In this document: in pieces, positions 18,292 through 26,433 of the stretch
How positions within the stretch are numbered: position 1 is the stretch's first letter
How the letters are laid out: every line of letters begins with the position of its first letter
Assembly: GCA_944393415.1 (NCBI GenBank)
Contig: CALYAD010000054.1
Location: 34,989 to 98,988 of the forward strand
Reading direction: 5' to 3'
From: an uncultured Clostridia bacterium
GTDB taxonomy: Bacteria > Bacillota > Clostridia > Oscillospirales > CAG-272
DNA: 64,000 nt
Made by a program: the position numbers and the translations under genes
Notes under the pieces: model-generated
Told to the model about the DNA's origin: nothing
Database searches by the model: none
Seen by the model: only the letters and a program-made list of their open reading frames with translations

Positions 18292-19960
18292 CTGTTATCG
18301 ACTCCTTAAGCTTTGTCAGGGCTATCTTGGTCTCCGCGGCGGTCTCTCCGAGCAGCGACGCTATCTCCTGCACTATCCTCATCTGCTTATCCACGACGTT
18401 ATCCGCTATTTCTATCGTCTGCCGGCTGATGCTTTCCTTCTTCTTTTTCTCGTTTTCCTCGTCCGTCACGTCTCTCATAATGCATATAAGAAGGTGATAA
18501 TCCTGATCATAGATCACCGTCTGCTCTATATATTTCTTGTATTCCGCGAGATATACCCTCATATCGCGTACGCTTCTTCTGCTCTCAAGCACCTTCGCGA
18601 ACACCGATGGATCAAGTATGCGAATGACCGGCTCTCCGAGAACGTCGGAAGCAGAGCGGATATTCATTATCTTTCTCGCCGCCGCGTTTATCTGCTGAAC
18701 CTCAAGCTTGTCGTTGAGCACCATAAGCCCGTTCGGGGTGTTGTTTACAATATTGTCGGAAAAGCTCTCCGCCTTTTCCTTGAGGTACGGCAGGCACATG
18801 GATATCTCCGCCTTGCCCTGCAGTATGGCGACCGCTTTCTCCCTGCAGGTATCGTAACCGCAGGAACCGCAGTTAAGCTCATCCTCGGGTCTTGTCTTAC
18901 CCATCTGTCTTAAAACGTCGCTTATTTCCGATTCGGAAGGCACGCGGGAGCTTTTGTCCAGAACTCCGAATTGCTTTTTAAGGGCAAGAGGATCCTGATC
19001 CGCGATCCTGAAATCCTTTTTGCCGGCGTACCCGGATACAGCCATATAGTCTTTAACGGGGGAGCGGTGATACTTTTCCATTACCGGCCCTCCGATACAG
19101 CTTCCCGTACACGCCGACATCTCTATAAAGCAGCGGTGTATCTTTCCGCTCTCTATATCTCTGAGAGCCGCGATACAGTTTTCCGTACCGTCTATGGCAA
19201 GATATGTATATCCCGGAGCGTCCTGGGTCATGGTCTTGAGTATGCCTCCCGCGGTCGGGAAAAATCTCGCCCTGCTCTCCTCGGTATTATCCATTTCAGA
19301 CCTCAGCGTTATTCCCTTTTCCTTAAGCCACTCGGTAAGCTCCTCATAAGTCAGCGCCGCGTCCACTATACCTTCGTATCTCTGAACCTCGTCCTTTTTG
19401 GCTACGCAGGGACCGATAAACACGGTCTTTGCTCCCGGATAACGCTTTTTGATATCTATACAGTGAGCCTGCATAGGTGAGAGTACGTCCGCGAGATACG
19501 GCAGCTCCCTCGGAAAATACTTCTGTATAAGCAGGTTAACCGAATGACAGCAGGAGCTTATAACTATATCGCTTACTCCCTCGCTGAGTATTCTTTCATA
19601 CTCCTTTTTGACTATCGTCGCGCCTATCGCGGTCTCCTCAACGTCATAAAATCCGAGCGCCTTCAAAGCCTGACGCATCGCGTCTATGCCGACTCCGTCA
19701 TAGTTGGCTATAAATGACGGGGCAAGGCTGACGACGACCTTTTCACCGCTCTGAAGAAGCACCCTTACCTTTTCGGTATCGTTTACTATCTCCTTTGCGT
19801 TCTGCGGGCAAACCACAAAGCACTGACCGCACAGGATGCACTCATCCCCTATTATATGCGCCTGGTTGCCGGAAAACCGTATTGACTTGACCGGACAATG
19901 CCGGATACATTTATAACAGTTCTTACAGTTGGATTTTTTCAGCGTGAGACAATCTGTCAC
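18284..19960 (-). CDS. Sensory-type [FeFe]-hydrogenase-like protein with a C-terminal PAS domain (HydS/HfsB-like, group C)
   Basis: Two CxxCxxCxxxCP motifs; variant H-cluster motifs SSCCHS, IGPCVAKKDE and EMSACTGSCIGGP; an extra CGSCGYDTC patch; a PAS-like C-terminus (NTPNGLMVLNDKLEVQQINAAARKIM...). GTG start overlaps the upstream stop (GTGA). Confidence 0.85.
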   Translation of the reverse strand: MTDCLTLKKSNCKNCYKCIRHCPVKSIRFSGNQAHIIGDECILCGQCFVVCPQNAKEIVNDTEKVRVLLQSGEKVVVSLAPSFIANYDGVGIDAMRQALKALGFYDVEETAIGATIVKKEYERILSEGVSDIVISSCCHSVNLLIQKYFPRELPYLADVLSPMQAHCIDIKKRYPGAKTVFIGPCVAKKDEVQRYEGIVDAALTYEELTEWLKEKGITLRSEMDNTEESRARFFPTAGGILKTMTQDAPGYTYLAIDGTENCIAALRDIESGKIHRCFIEMSACTGSCIGGPVMEKYHRSPVKDYMAVSGYAGKKDFRIADQDPLALKKQFGVLDKSSRVPSESEISDVLRQMGKTRPEDELNCGSCGYDTCREKAVAILQGKAEISMCLPYLKEKAESFSDNIVNNTPNGLMVLNDKLEVQQINAAARKIMNIRSASDVLGEPVIRILDPSVFAKVLESRRSVRDMRVYLAEYKKYIEQTVIYDQDYHLLICIMRDVTDEENEKKKKESISRQTIEIADNVVDKQMRIVQEIASLLGETAAETKIALTKLKESITDE

Positions 19961-20229
19961 CTCTGATCAGCTCCTTTCGCGTCGAGCGCCTTAAGTATAT
20001 TTTCATTCCAGAATTCACGGAAGTTCTCGACAGTTATTCCCGTAAACACCTTGTCGTTTACCGTTATTGTTACGCCAACCCGGTTGCACCTTCCCGTGCA
20101 AAAGCTGCCGGAAAGCTCTATCTCATTTTCAAGCCCGCATTTTTCCACTTCATTCTGCATAAGCTCAACTATCTCCCGGGACCCCTTAAGATGACACGAG
20201 CTTCCCACACATATCTGTACGTTCAACAT
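19957..20229 (-). CDS. Thioredoxin-like [2Fe-2S] ferredoxin-domain protein (NuoE/HydC-like, HfsA-like)
   Basis: 90 aa with the Cys pattern CVGSSCH...FCTGRC. It is a paralog of the adjacent 79-aa gene. Confidence 0.8.
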   Translation of the reverse strand: MLNVQICVGSSCHLKGSREIVELMQNEVEKCGLENEIELSGSFCTGRCNRVGVTITVNDKVFTGITVENFREFWNENILKALDAKGADQR

Positions 20230-20244
20230 GATTTTTCTACCGTT

Positions 20245-20484
20245 TCACGCCTTCGGAAGGATCTCGGAATTGAAAAATTCCTTCGTACTCTCGGGACTCA
20301 CTGAGTGAAATTCATCGTCCACCGTAACGCAGACTCCCTGCTGACACTTACCCATACAGAAGGTTCCGCTGAGCTCTACCTTATCCTTAAGTCCGTTTTC
20401 GGAAATAAGATACTGAAGCTGTTCAACTACCTGACGCGAGCCTTTAATGTGGCATGAACTGCCAATACATACTGTTACTTTCAT
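20245..20484 (-). CDS. Thioredoxin-like [2Fe-2S] ferredoxin-domain protein (tandem paralog)
   Basis: 79 aa with the Cys pattern CIGSSCH...FCMGKC. Confidence 0.8.
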   Translation of the reverse strand: MKVTVCIGSSCHIKGSRQVVEQLQYLISENGLKDKVELSGTFCMGKCQQGVCVTVDDEFHSVSPESTKEFFNSEILPKA

Positions 20485-20515
20485 AATTAATTACCCAAAT
20501 TTTCACTTCTAAAAT

Positions 20516-20805
20516 ATTCCTGAAGCTTCCCTGAAAAAAGGTGCGGCATCTCCGTCCCCGGCTTCTCCGGATTTCAGCTGTGCGCAAAGTATGCGCGAAG
20601 CGTTACTCTCGGCTTTCAATAAGTGGCTAATGTCCCGTCATTCAGCGTTTTCAGTGGGAGATTGTATCCCCCACTGAAAAAAATTAAGCGGCGCCCGGCG
20701 CCTAAGAGGCGGGGGACATCTTAAATTAGTTATAAAAGCCGGAGACGAAGATCATATATTCCGCCCGCCGAAATTCTCCTTAAGAAAAGTTATCGGGAAG
20801 TTTGA
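20516..20805. repeat. Mosaic intergenic repeat copy
   Basis: Shares the module GCTTCTCCGG.TTTCAGC.G.GCGCAAAG with 62221-62255, and a module of about 85 nt with 41490-41571. Confidence 0.75.
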
Positions 20806-20878
20806 TCACTTGACTTTTCTTATAATTAACGAGACGCGCAAAAAGCGGGGATGAAATATAAAATGCCGCGATTATTTA

Positions 20879-21628
20879 TTATTCATACTCTACAACGTCT
20901 ACCCAGGATAGCAGGAACTGTCTTTCCTTTTCGTTGCCCTTTACCGACTGTGAAGCGGCGACTATCGGCATCCATTTCTGAACGTACTGCTTTGCCGTAT
21001 TGCTCTTCTTGCAGAATAGAGAAAGGTATTTATCCGCTCCCTCTATATCTCCCGCGAGCCAGAACAAAAGGTAAGTTCTTGCCGCGTCGGCGGAAGCGTT
21101 GCCCTGCGTGGCATGCGACCAGTCTATAATATACGGAGTTCCGTCCTCCGATATGATTATATTGGAAGGGTTGAAATCGCCATGGCATACTTTATTGTGC
21201 TTGGGCATTCCCTCAAGTCTGGTGTGAAGCTCATATCTTGTCGTGGCGTCAAGGTCGGAGGCGCTGATCTTACGGTTCATTTTGTCCTTAAGTCTGTTGA
21301 GAAGAGGGCAGGTCTTCGAGTGAATGGACAGCTGGATATCCACGAAAAGATTCATATACTCATCCTTTTTCTCCGGGTTTTCCTGCATCAGCTGCGCAAG
21401 CGTTTTACCTTTAATAAAATCGGAAACGATGGCCCATTTTCCGTCAATCATGGTGACCGCCTTTACCTTCGGTATGTTAAGCCCGGTCTCCTCTATTCTC
21501 GCCTGGTTGAGCGCTTCGTTCAGAACGTCCGCTTTAGAATAATCCGAATCAAAAACCTTTATGCAATCGTCGCCGTCGCGATATACCGTTTTATTGTTTC
21601 TTACCGCTATAACTCTGTCAAGCTTCAT
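20879..21628 (-). CDS. Aminoglycoside/choline-kinase-fold phosphotransferase family protein (kinase-like)
   Basis: Catalytic-loop motif HGDFNPSNIII followed by IIDWSHA. AAGGAGGAAG SD. The start is only 14 nt after the adhE stop. Confidence 0.75.
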   Translation of the reverse strand: MKLDRVIAVRNNKTVYRDGDDCIKVFDSDYSKADVLNEALNQARIEETGLNIPKVKAVTMIDGKWAIVSDFIKGKTLAQLMQENPEKKDEYMNLFVDIQLSIHSKTCPLLNRLKDKMNRKISASDLDATTRYELHTRLEGMPKHNKVCHGDFNPSNIIISEDGTPYIIDWSHATQGNASADAARTYLLFWLAGDIEGADKYLSLFCKKSNTAKQYVQKWMPIVAASQSVKGNEKERQFLLSWVDVVEYE

Positions 21629-21642
21629 GGCTTACTTCCTCC

Positions 21643-24339
21643 TTATATTTTTTTAGCCGCGCTTTTTCTTCCGCGCGTTGATTTTTTTACCGGCTCCGCG
21701 GCTACGGCGCCCGGAAGCTCTTTCTCCGTAAACGTCCTGCCGTAGTACGCGTTTAGATACATCTGCTTTATCTCGCTCATCAGGGGATATCTCGGGTTCG
21801 CTCCCGTGCACTGGTCGTCAAACGCCTGCTCCACCATTTCGTCGAGTCTGTTAAGGAAGTCCGCTTCGTCCGGAACGTATTCGCGGATAGTGGGCTTTAT
21901 ACCGACCTTCGCCTTGAGCTCGTCGATCGCGCCGATAAGGTTGGAAAGCTTTTCCTGATTTGTCTCCCCCTTGATCCCGAGATAGTCCGCCACCTCGGCA
22001 TAACGCTCCAGAGTATGCGGATGATCGTACTGCGGGAAGGTACCCATTTTTACAGGAACGTCGCATGCGTTGAAGCGCATGACCTCGTCTATCATAAGAG
22101 CGTTCGCCACTCCGTGCGGGAGGTGATGGAAGGCGCCGAGCTTGTGTGCCATCGAGTGGCAGACGCCGAGGAAGGCGTTCGCGAATGCCATACCCGCCAT
22201 TGTAGCGGCGTTCGCCATTTTTTCACGCGCCGCCGGATCGCTTTGACCGTTATCGTAGGCTCTCGGCAGATACTCAAATATCATCTTAAGAGCGCGGAGA
22301 GCGAGTCCGTCGGTATAGTCTGTCGCCATCATGGACGCATACGCTTCAAGCGCGTGCGTCACGGCGTCGATACCGGAGGCGGCGGTAAGACCCTTTGGAG
22401 CGGTCATATGGAAGTCCGCGTCTATTATCGCCATCTTCGGCAGAAGCTCATAATCGGCAAGCGGATATTTTACTCCGCTCTTCTCGTCGGTAATAACCGC
22501 GAACGGAGTGACCTCCGAGCCGGTACCGGCGGAGGTGGGTATCGCTATAAAATACGCCTTTTCTCCCATCTTCGGGAAGGTATATACTCTCTTGCGGATA
22601 TCCATGAAGCGCATCGCCATATCCATGAAATCCGCCTCCGGATGCTCGTAAAGCACCCACATTATCTTACCGGCGTCCATAGCCGAGCCGCCTCCGAGCG
22701 CTATGATGCAGTCAGGCTGGAACGCCTTCATCTGCTCGGCTCCCGCCTTCGCGCACGCGAGCGTCGGGTCCGGAGCGACATCAAAGAAGGTGGTATGGGC
22801 TATACCCATTTCGTCAAGCTTATCCGTTATCGGCTTGGTATAGCCGTTGCTGTAAAGAAAGCTGTCGGTAACTATAAACGCCTTTTTCTTGTTCATGACG
22901 GTCCTAAGCTCGTCAAGCGCGACAGGGAGGCAGCCTTTCTTAAGATATACCTTTTCAGGGGCGCGGAACCAAAGCATATTTTCTCTCCTCTCAGCTACTG
23001 TCTTTATATTTATAAGGTGCTTAACTCCGACGTTCTCGGAAACGCTGTTTCCTCCCCAGCTTCCGCAGCCGAGCGTAAGCGACGGCGCGAGCTTGAAGTT
23101 ATACAGGTCTCCTATACCGCCGTGAGAGGACGGAGTATTTACAAGTATGCGGCAGGTCTTCATACGGGACTGGAACTCGTCAAGCTTTTCCTTCTCCGTA
23201 AGCGCGTTCAGATATATGGAGGAGGTATGACCATAGCCGCCGTCCGCGATAAGGTGCTCGGCCTTGTCGAAGGCGTCCTTTATATTTTTCGCTCTGTACA
23301 TGGCGAGCACGGGAGAAAGCTTCTCATGCGCAAACTCCTCGGAAAGCTCCACGCTCTCAACCTCGCCTATCAGTATCTTGGTACCCTCCGGAACGGCAAC
23401 GTCCGCAAGCGCCGCGATGGTGACCGGCTTCTGACCGACTATCTTCGCGTTCAGCGCGCCGTTGATTATAATGGTCTTGCGTACCTTTTCCGTCTCCTCA
23501 GGGTCAAGGAAATAGCAGCCTCTTGCCGCGAATTCCTTTTTAACCGCATCATAAACCTTGTCAAGCACTATAACCGACTGCTCGGAAGCGCATATCATAC
23601 CGTTGTCAAAGGTCTTTGAATGTATTATTGAGTTTACCGCGAGAATTATATCCGCGGTATCGTCGATGATCGCGGGAGTGTTGCCGGCGCCGACTCCGAG
23701 AGCCGGTTTTCCGGAGGAATACGCCGCTTTCACCATACCGGGACCTCCGGTGGCCAGAATGATATCGGCCTCCTTCATCAGGAGATTGGTCATTTCGAGG
23801 CTCGGGATATCGATCCAGCTTATAATACCCTCCGGAGCGCCCGCCGCCACCGCCGCCTCAAGCACTATCTTGGCCGCGGCTATGGTCGAGCTTTTGGCTC
23901 TCGGATGTGGGCTGATGATAATACCGTTTCTGGTCTTAAGAGAAATAAGAGTTTTGAATATAGCGGTCGAGGTGGGGTTTGTCGTCGGGATCACCGCCGC
24001 GATTACGCCTATAGGCTCCGCTATCCTTTTTATACCGTACGCCTTGTCCTCCTCTATAACCCCGCATGTCTTTACATTTTTATAAGCGTTATAAATATAT
24101 TCGGAAGCGTAGTGGTTTTTGATAACCTTATCCTCTACCACTCCCATTCCGGTTTCCTCGACCGCGAGCTTCGCAAGAGGGATCCTCGCCTTATTGGCCG
24201 CCATGGCTGCTTCAAGGAATATTTTATCCACCTGTTCCTGCGTATATGACGCGAACTTTGCCTGCGCCTCTCTCACCCGGGCAATGGCTGCCTCAAGCTT
24301 TTCCACGCTGTCCACTATTTCGTAGTTCTTCTCTTTCAT
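21643..24339 (-). CDS. adhE: Bifunctional acetaldehyde-CoA/alcohol dehydrogenase
   Basis: 898 aa with an N-terminal ALDH domain and a C-terminal Fe-ADH domain (GGGSAMDAGK, HSMAHKLG). Lys-rich C-terminal tail. Confidence 0.97.
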   Translation of the reverse strand: MKEKNYEIVDSVEKLEAAIARVREAQAKFASYTQEQVDKIFLEAAMAANKARIPLAKLAVEETGMGVVEDKVIKNHYASEYIYNAYKNVKTCGVIEEDKAYGIKRIAEPIGVIAAVIPTTNPTSTAIFKTLISLKTRNGIIISPHPRAKSSTIAAAKIVLEAAVAAGAPEGIISWIDIPSLEMTNLLMKEADIILATGGPGMVKAAYSSGKPALGVGAGNTPAIIDDTADIILAVNSIIHSKTFDNGMICASEQSVIVLDKVYDAVKKEFAARGCYFLDPEETEKVRKTIIINGALNAKIVGQKPVTIAALADVAVPEGTKILIGEVESVELSEEFAHEKLSPVLAMYRAKNIKDAFDKAEHLIADGGYGHTSSIYLNALTEKEKLDEFQSRMKTCRILVNTPSSHGGIGDLYNFKLAPSLTLGCGSWGGNSVSENVGVKHLINIKTVAERRENMLWFRAPEKVYLKKGCLPVALDELRTVMNKKKAFIVTDSFLYSNGYTKPITDKLDEMGIAHTTFFDVAPDPTLACAKAGAEQMKAFQPDCIIALGGGSAMDAGKIMWVLYEHPEADFMDMAMRFMDIRKRVYTFPKMGEKAYFIAIPTSAGTGSEVTPFAVITDEKSGVKYPLADYELLPKMAIIDADFHMTAPKGLTAASGIDAVTHALEAYASMMATDYTDGLALRALKMIFEYLPRAYDNGQSDPAAREKMANAATMAGMAFANAFLGVCHSMAHKLGAFHHLPHGVANALMIDEVMRFNACDVPVKMGTFPQYDHPHTLERYAEVADYLGIKGETNQEKLSNLIGAIDELKAKVGIKPTIREYVPDEADFLNRLDEMVEQAFDDQCTGANPRYPLMSEIKQMYLNAYYGRTFTEKELPGAVAAEPVKKSTRGRKSAAKKI

Positions 24340-24358
24340 TGTGAGCCTCCTGATTGAT

Positions 24359-25003
24359 TTATGATATTATTTTATTTTTCTGTGTTTTCAGATGTTCCGA
24401 CAGGATTGCCAGGGAAGACGCCATATTTTCATTTTTCACGAAAATATTATCCGGCGCGTTCAGGCGCTTTGGCGCGAAATTCCATATCGCCCTTATCCCG
24501 CTTTCGACCATCAGATCGCATACCTCCTGCGCCTGCCCCTCAGGCACGGTTATGATGCCGATCTCGACTCCGTTTTCCCTGCAAAATTTCGGAAATTCGG
24601 ATACCGGATATACGCATTTTCCGGGCCCCGGAGCCTTCAGCTTACGCTCGTCGCAGTCAAAGCCGGCAAGTATATCAAGGCCGTACTCGCTGAACCCCTC
24701 GTATTCAAGAAGCGCGTTTCCGAGTCTCCCGGCGCCTATTATCGCGGCGTGTACGGTCGTACCGTAGCCGAGAGCGCTTTCCAGACGTTTTATCAGCGCC
24801 GGCACCTCATAGCCTATTTTTGGTCTGCCTTCTCCGCTTATCGCTCCGAGATCCTTTCTCACCTGGACTTCACCAAGCTTGAGCGCCTTAGCCACGGCTG
24901 TTGCGGATACCGTTTCCGTTCCGTCTTTATGCAGTGACCTGATATAATGCAGATATACCGGAAGTCTTTCTATAACGGATTTTGAAAGCGTACTTTTGTT
25001 CAT
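24359..25003 (-). CDS. rex: Redox-sensing transcriptional repressor Rex
   Basis: ERLPVYLHYIRSL... winged helix plus the Rossmann motif IIGAGRLGNAL. It ends 19 nt upstream of adhE. Confidence 0.93.
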   Translation of the reverse strand: MNKSTLSKSVIERLPVYLHYIRSLHKDGTETVSATAVAKALKLGEVQVRKDLGAISGEGRPKIGYEVPALIKRLESALGYGTTVHAAIIGAGRLGNALLEYEGFSEYGLDILAGFDCDERKLKAPGPGKCVYPVSEFPKFCRENGVEIGIITVPEGQAQEVCDLMVESGIRAIWNFAPKRLNAPDNIFVKNENMASSLAILSEHLKTQKNKIIS

Positions 25004-25093
25004 TTTGCTCCTTTTAAACCTTACTTTCCTTTGTGAAAAATATTACGCGCGCACCGTATCGCTCGGTCGGTGTCCGCGTTTCCGGTAATATAT

Positions 25094-25122
25094 ATTTTAT
25101 CACAATCGGAGCATTGACGCAA
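25094..25122 (-). promoter_or_regulatory. Sigma-A type promoter of the rex-adhE operon
   Basis: The minus strand reads TTGCGT, 17 nt, TAAAAT, preceded by TGA (extended -10). Confidence 0.55.
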
Positions 25123-25137
25123 GTATCAATTTCACAT

Positions 25138-25165
25138 ATCGGTATATCGATATCGATATACCGAT
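25138..25165. promoter_or_regulatory. 28-nt perfect palindrome ATCGGTATATCGAT/ATCGATATACCGAT (candidate operator)
   Basis: Verified base by base. It lies about 16 nt upstream of the rex -35 and 20 nt downstream of the LysR stop. No U-tract follows on either strand. Confidence 0.5.
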
Positions 25166-25185
25166 CCATTAAAACGCCTCCCGCA

Positions 25186-26133
25186 TCAGACACGCGCTTC
25201 CTTGTCATTTTCAAGGAATCTTCTTTTAGACTCGCACAGCTCTGTTATAAAAAGCTTATCGGTCTTGGATAAATGATAATCTTTTCTGTAGATCAGCACA
25301 TCCTTATATATCTTGCGGTTGTCCTCGCATATCTTCTGTACCAGACCGTATCGGTCAAGAAGATCGTCCGGCACCGGCGACACCCACATGAAGGTATCCG
25401 GGTTTGACGACAGAAGCTCGAATTGACTTGCCCTCTCAAAAACGTAAATACGTCTGGCGATATTGTCCGGCAGCTCCGCCTTTTTCACGTCCGAAAACGG
25501 AAGAGACGGCACATACGGATCGGCGTGCGCTATCTCCGTATATGGATCAAGGTCCGTATACCGAACCCTTTCCTTACCGGCGAGAGGATGTTCCCTTCCC
25601 ATCACCAGCACATAGCTAAACTCCGTTACCAGCTCGTAATTAACTCCCTTTTCCTCCAGCATTTCCTTAAAATATTTATCGTTTTGCGCGGCGTAACGGA
25701 TTATTCCCAGCTTGTAGTCCGCGTGAAGGATATTGTTTATCGCCCTCTGAGAATTTGTTTCTTTATAAAATATCTCGGCTTTCTTACTCTTGTCAAGCTT
25801 ATTGCAGAACCGTGCGAAAGCGTTCGCAATATAGCTTGCTCTCGGAACCGAAATGGAAAATGTCTGTCTGTACTCGTTTCCCTCCTTGAATATCTTTTCC
25901 AGCTCGTCCACCTGAGAAAGTATCTTTTTGGCGTACTGCAAAAGCTTCTCCCCGTCCGGAGTAGGTATCATGCCCTTTGTGGTCCTTTCAAATACGGTTA
26001 TGCCGAGAGAGGCCTCAAGCTCCTTTATCGCCCTGCTGAGGTTCGGCTGAGCCATATAAAGATTTTCCGCCGCTTTGTTGATAGAACCGGTCCTTGATAT
26101 CTCAAGCGCGTATTTCAGATGCATTATATTCAT
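25186..26133 (-). CDS. LysR-family transcriptional regulator
   Basis: N-terminal HTH LKYALEISRTGSINKAAENLYMAQPNLSRAIKELEASLG plus a substrate-binding domain. 315 aa. Confidence 0.9.
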   Translation of the reverse strand: MNIMHLKYALEISRTGSINKAAENLYMAQPNLSRAIKELEASLGITVFERTTKGMIPTPDGEKLLQYAKKILSQVDELEKIFKEGNEYRQTFSISVPRASYIANAFARFCNKLDKSKKAEIFYKETNSQRAINNILHADYKLGIIRYAAQNDKYFKEMLEEKGVNYELVTEFSYVLVMGREHPLAGKERVRYTDLDPYTEIAHADPYVPSLPFSDVKKAELPDNIARRIYVFERASQFELLSSNPDTFMWVSPVPDDLLDRYGLVQKICEDNRKIYKDVLIYRKDYHLSKTDKLFITELCESKRRFLENDKEARV

Positions 26134-26170
26134 AATTACGATTCCTTTTTATTGTACTCAGACAAATTTA

Positions 26171-26265
26171 AGGCTCCGCCTTAAAGCTCCGCAAGCCTTT
26201 GAAAAGGCTTGACCGAAGCTTCAAAAAAACACAAAGCCTTCCCGTACTCCGGAGAAACGCGAAGA
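26171..26265. repeat. Mosaic intergenic repeat copy (hairpin CAAGCCTTTGAAAAGGCTTG at 26192-26211)
   Basis: Perfect 9-2-9 hairpin plus flanking family-like modules. Confidence 0.55.
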
Positions 26266-26393
26266 TTTTATTTTATTCTATCATATTTTAAATTATCTTT
26301 CAAGATTATTTTGTTAAAATGTATCATATTTTATTTACTTTCGCAAAACTTCCTTTTCTTATTGCAAAATACGGCTCTGAAATATAAATAAAA

Positions 26394-26424
26394 GCGCGCC
26401 GAGACTAAAGTGGCTCTGACGCGC
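26394..26424 (-). terminator. Rho-independent terminator after clpX
   Basis: GCGCG-rich stem (GCGCGTCAGAG...CTCGGCGCGC on the minus strand) followed by TTTTATTT. Confidence 0.7.
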
Positions 26425-26433
26425 TTTTTATTA

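Noticed and set aside
21643-21735. Lys/Arg-rich C-terminal tail of about 30 aa on AdhE (GAVAAEPVKKSTRGRKSAAKKI)
   Set aside because: Basic, Ala/Lys-rich C-terminal tails also occur on well-studied AdhE proteins (for example E. coli), so this is not unusual.
22015-23619. 534-aa ORF on the plus strand inside adhE
   Set aside because: It is entirely antisense to a full-length, unmistakable adhE. Its product is Arg/Leu/Gly-rich low-information sequence, typical of shadow ORFs in GC-rich coding DNA, and it has no SD.
25014-25214. 66-aa ORF covering the 28-nt palindrome
   Set aside because: It has no SD, overlaps the rex promoter and the LysR 3' end, and is more simply explained as a non-coding regulatory spacer.
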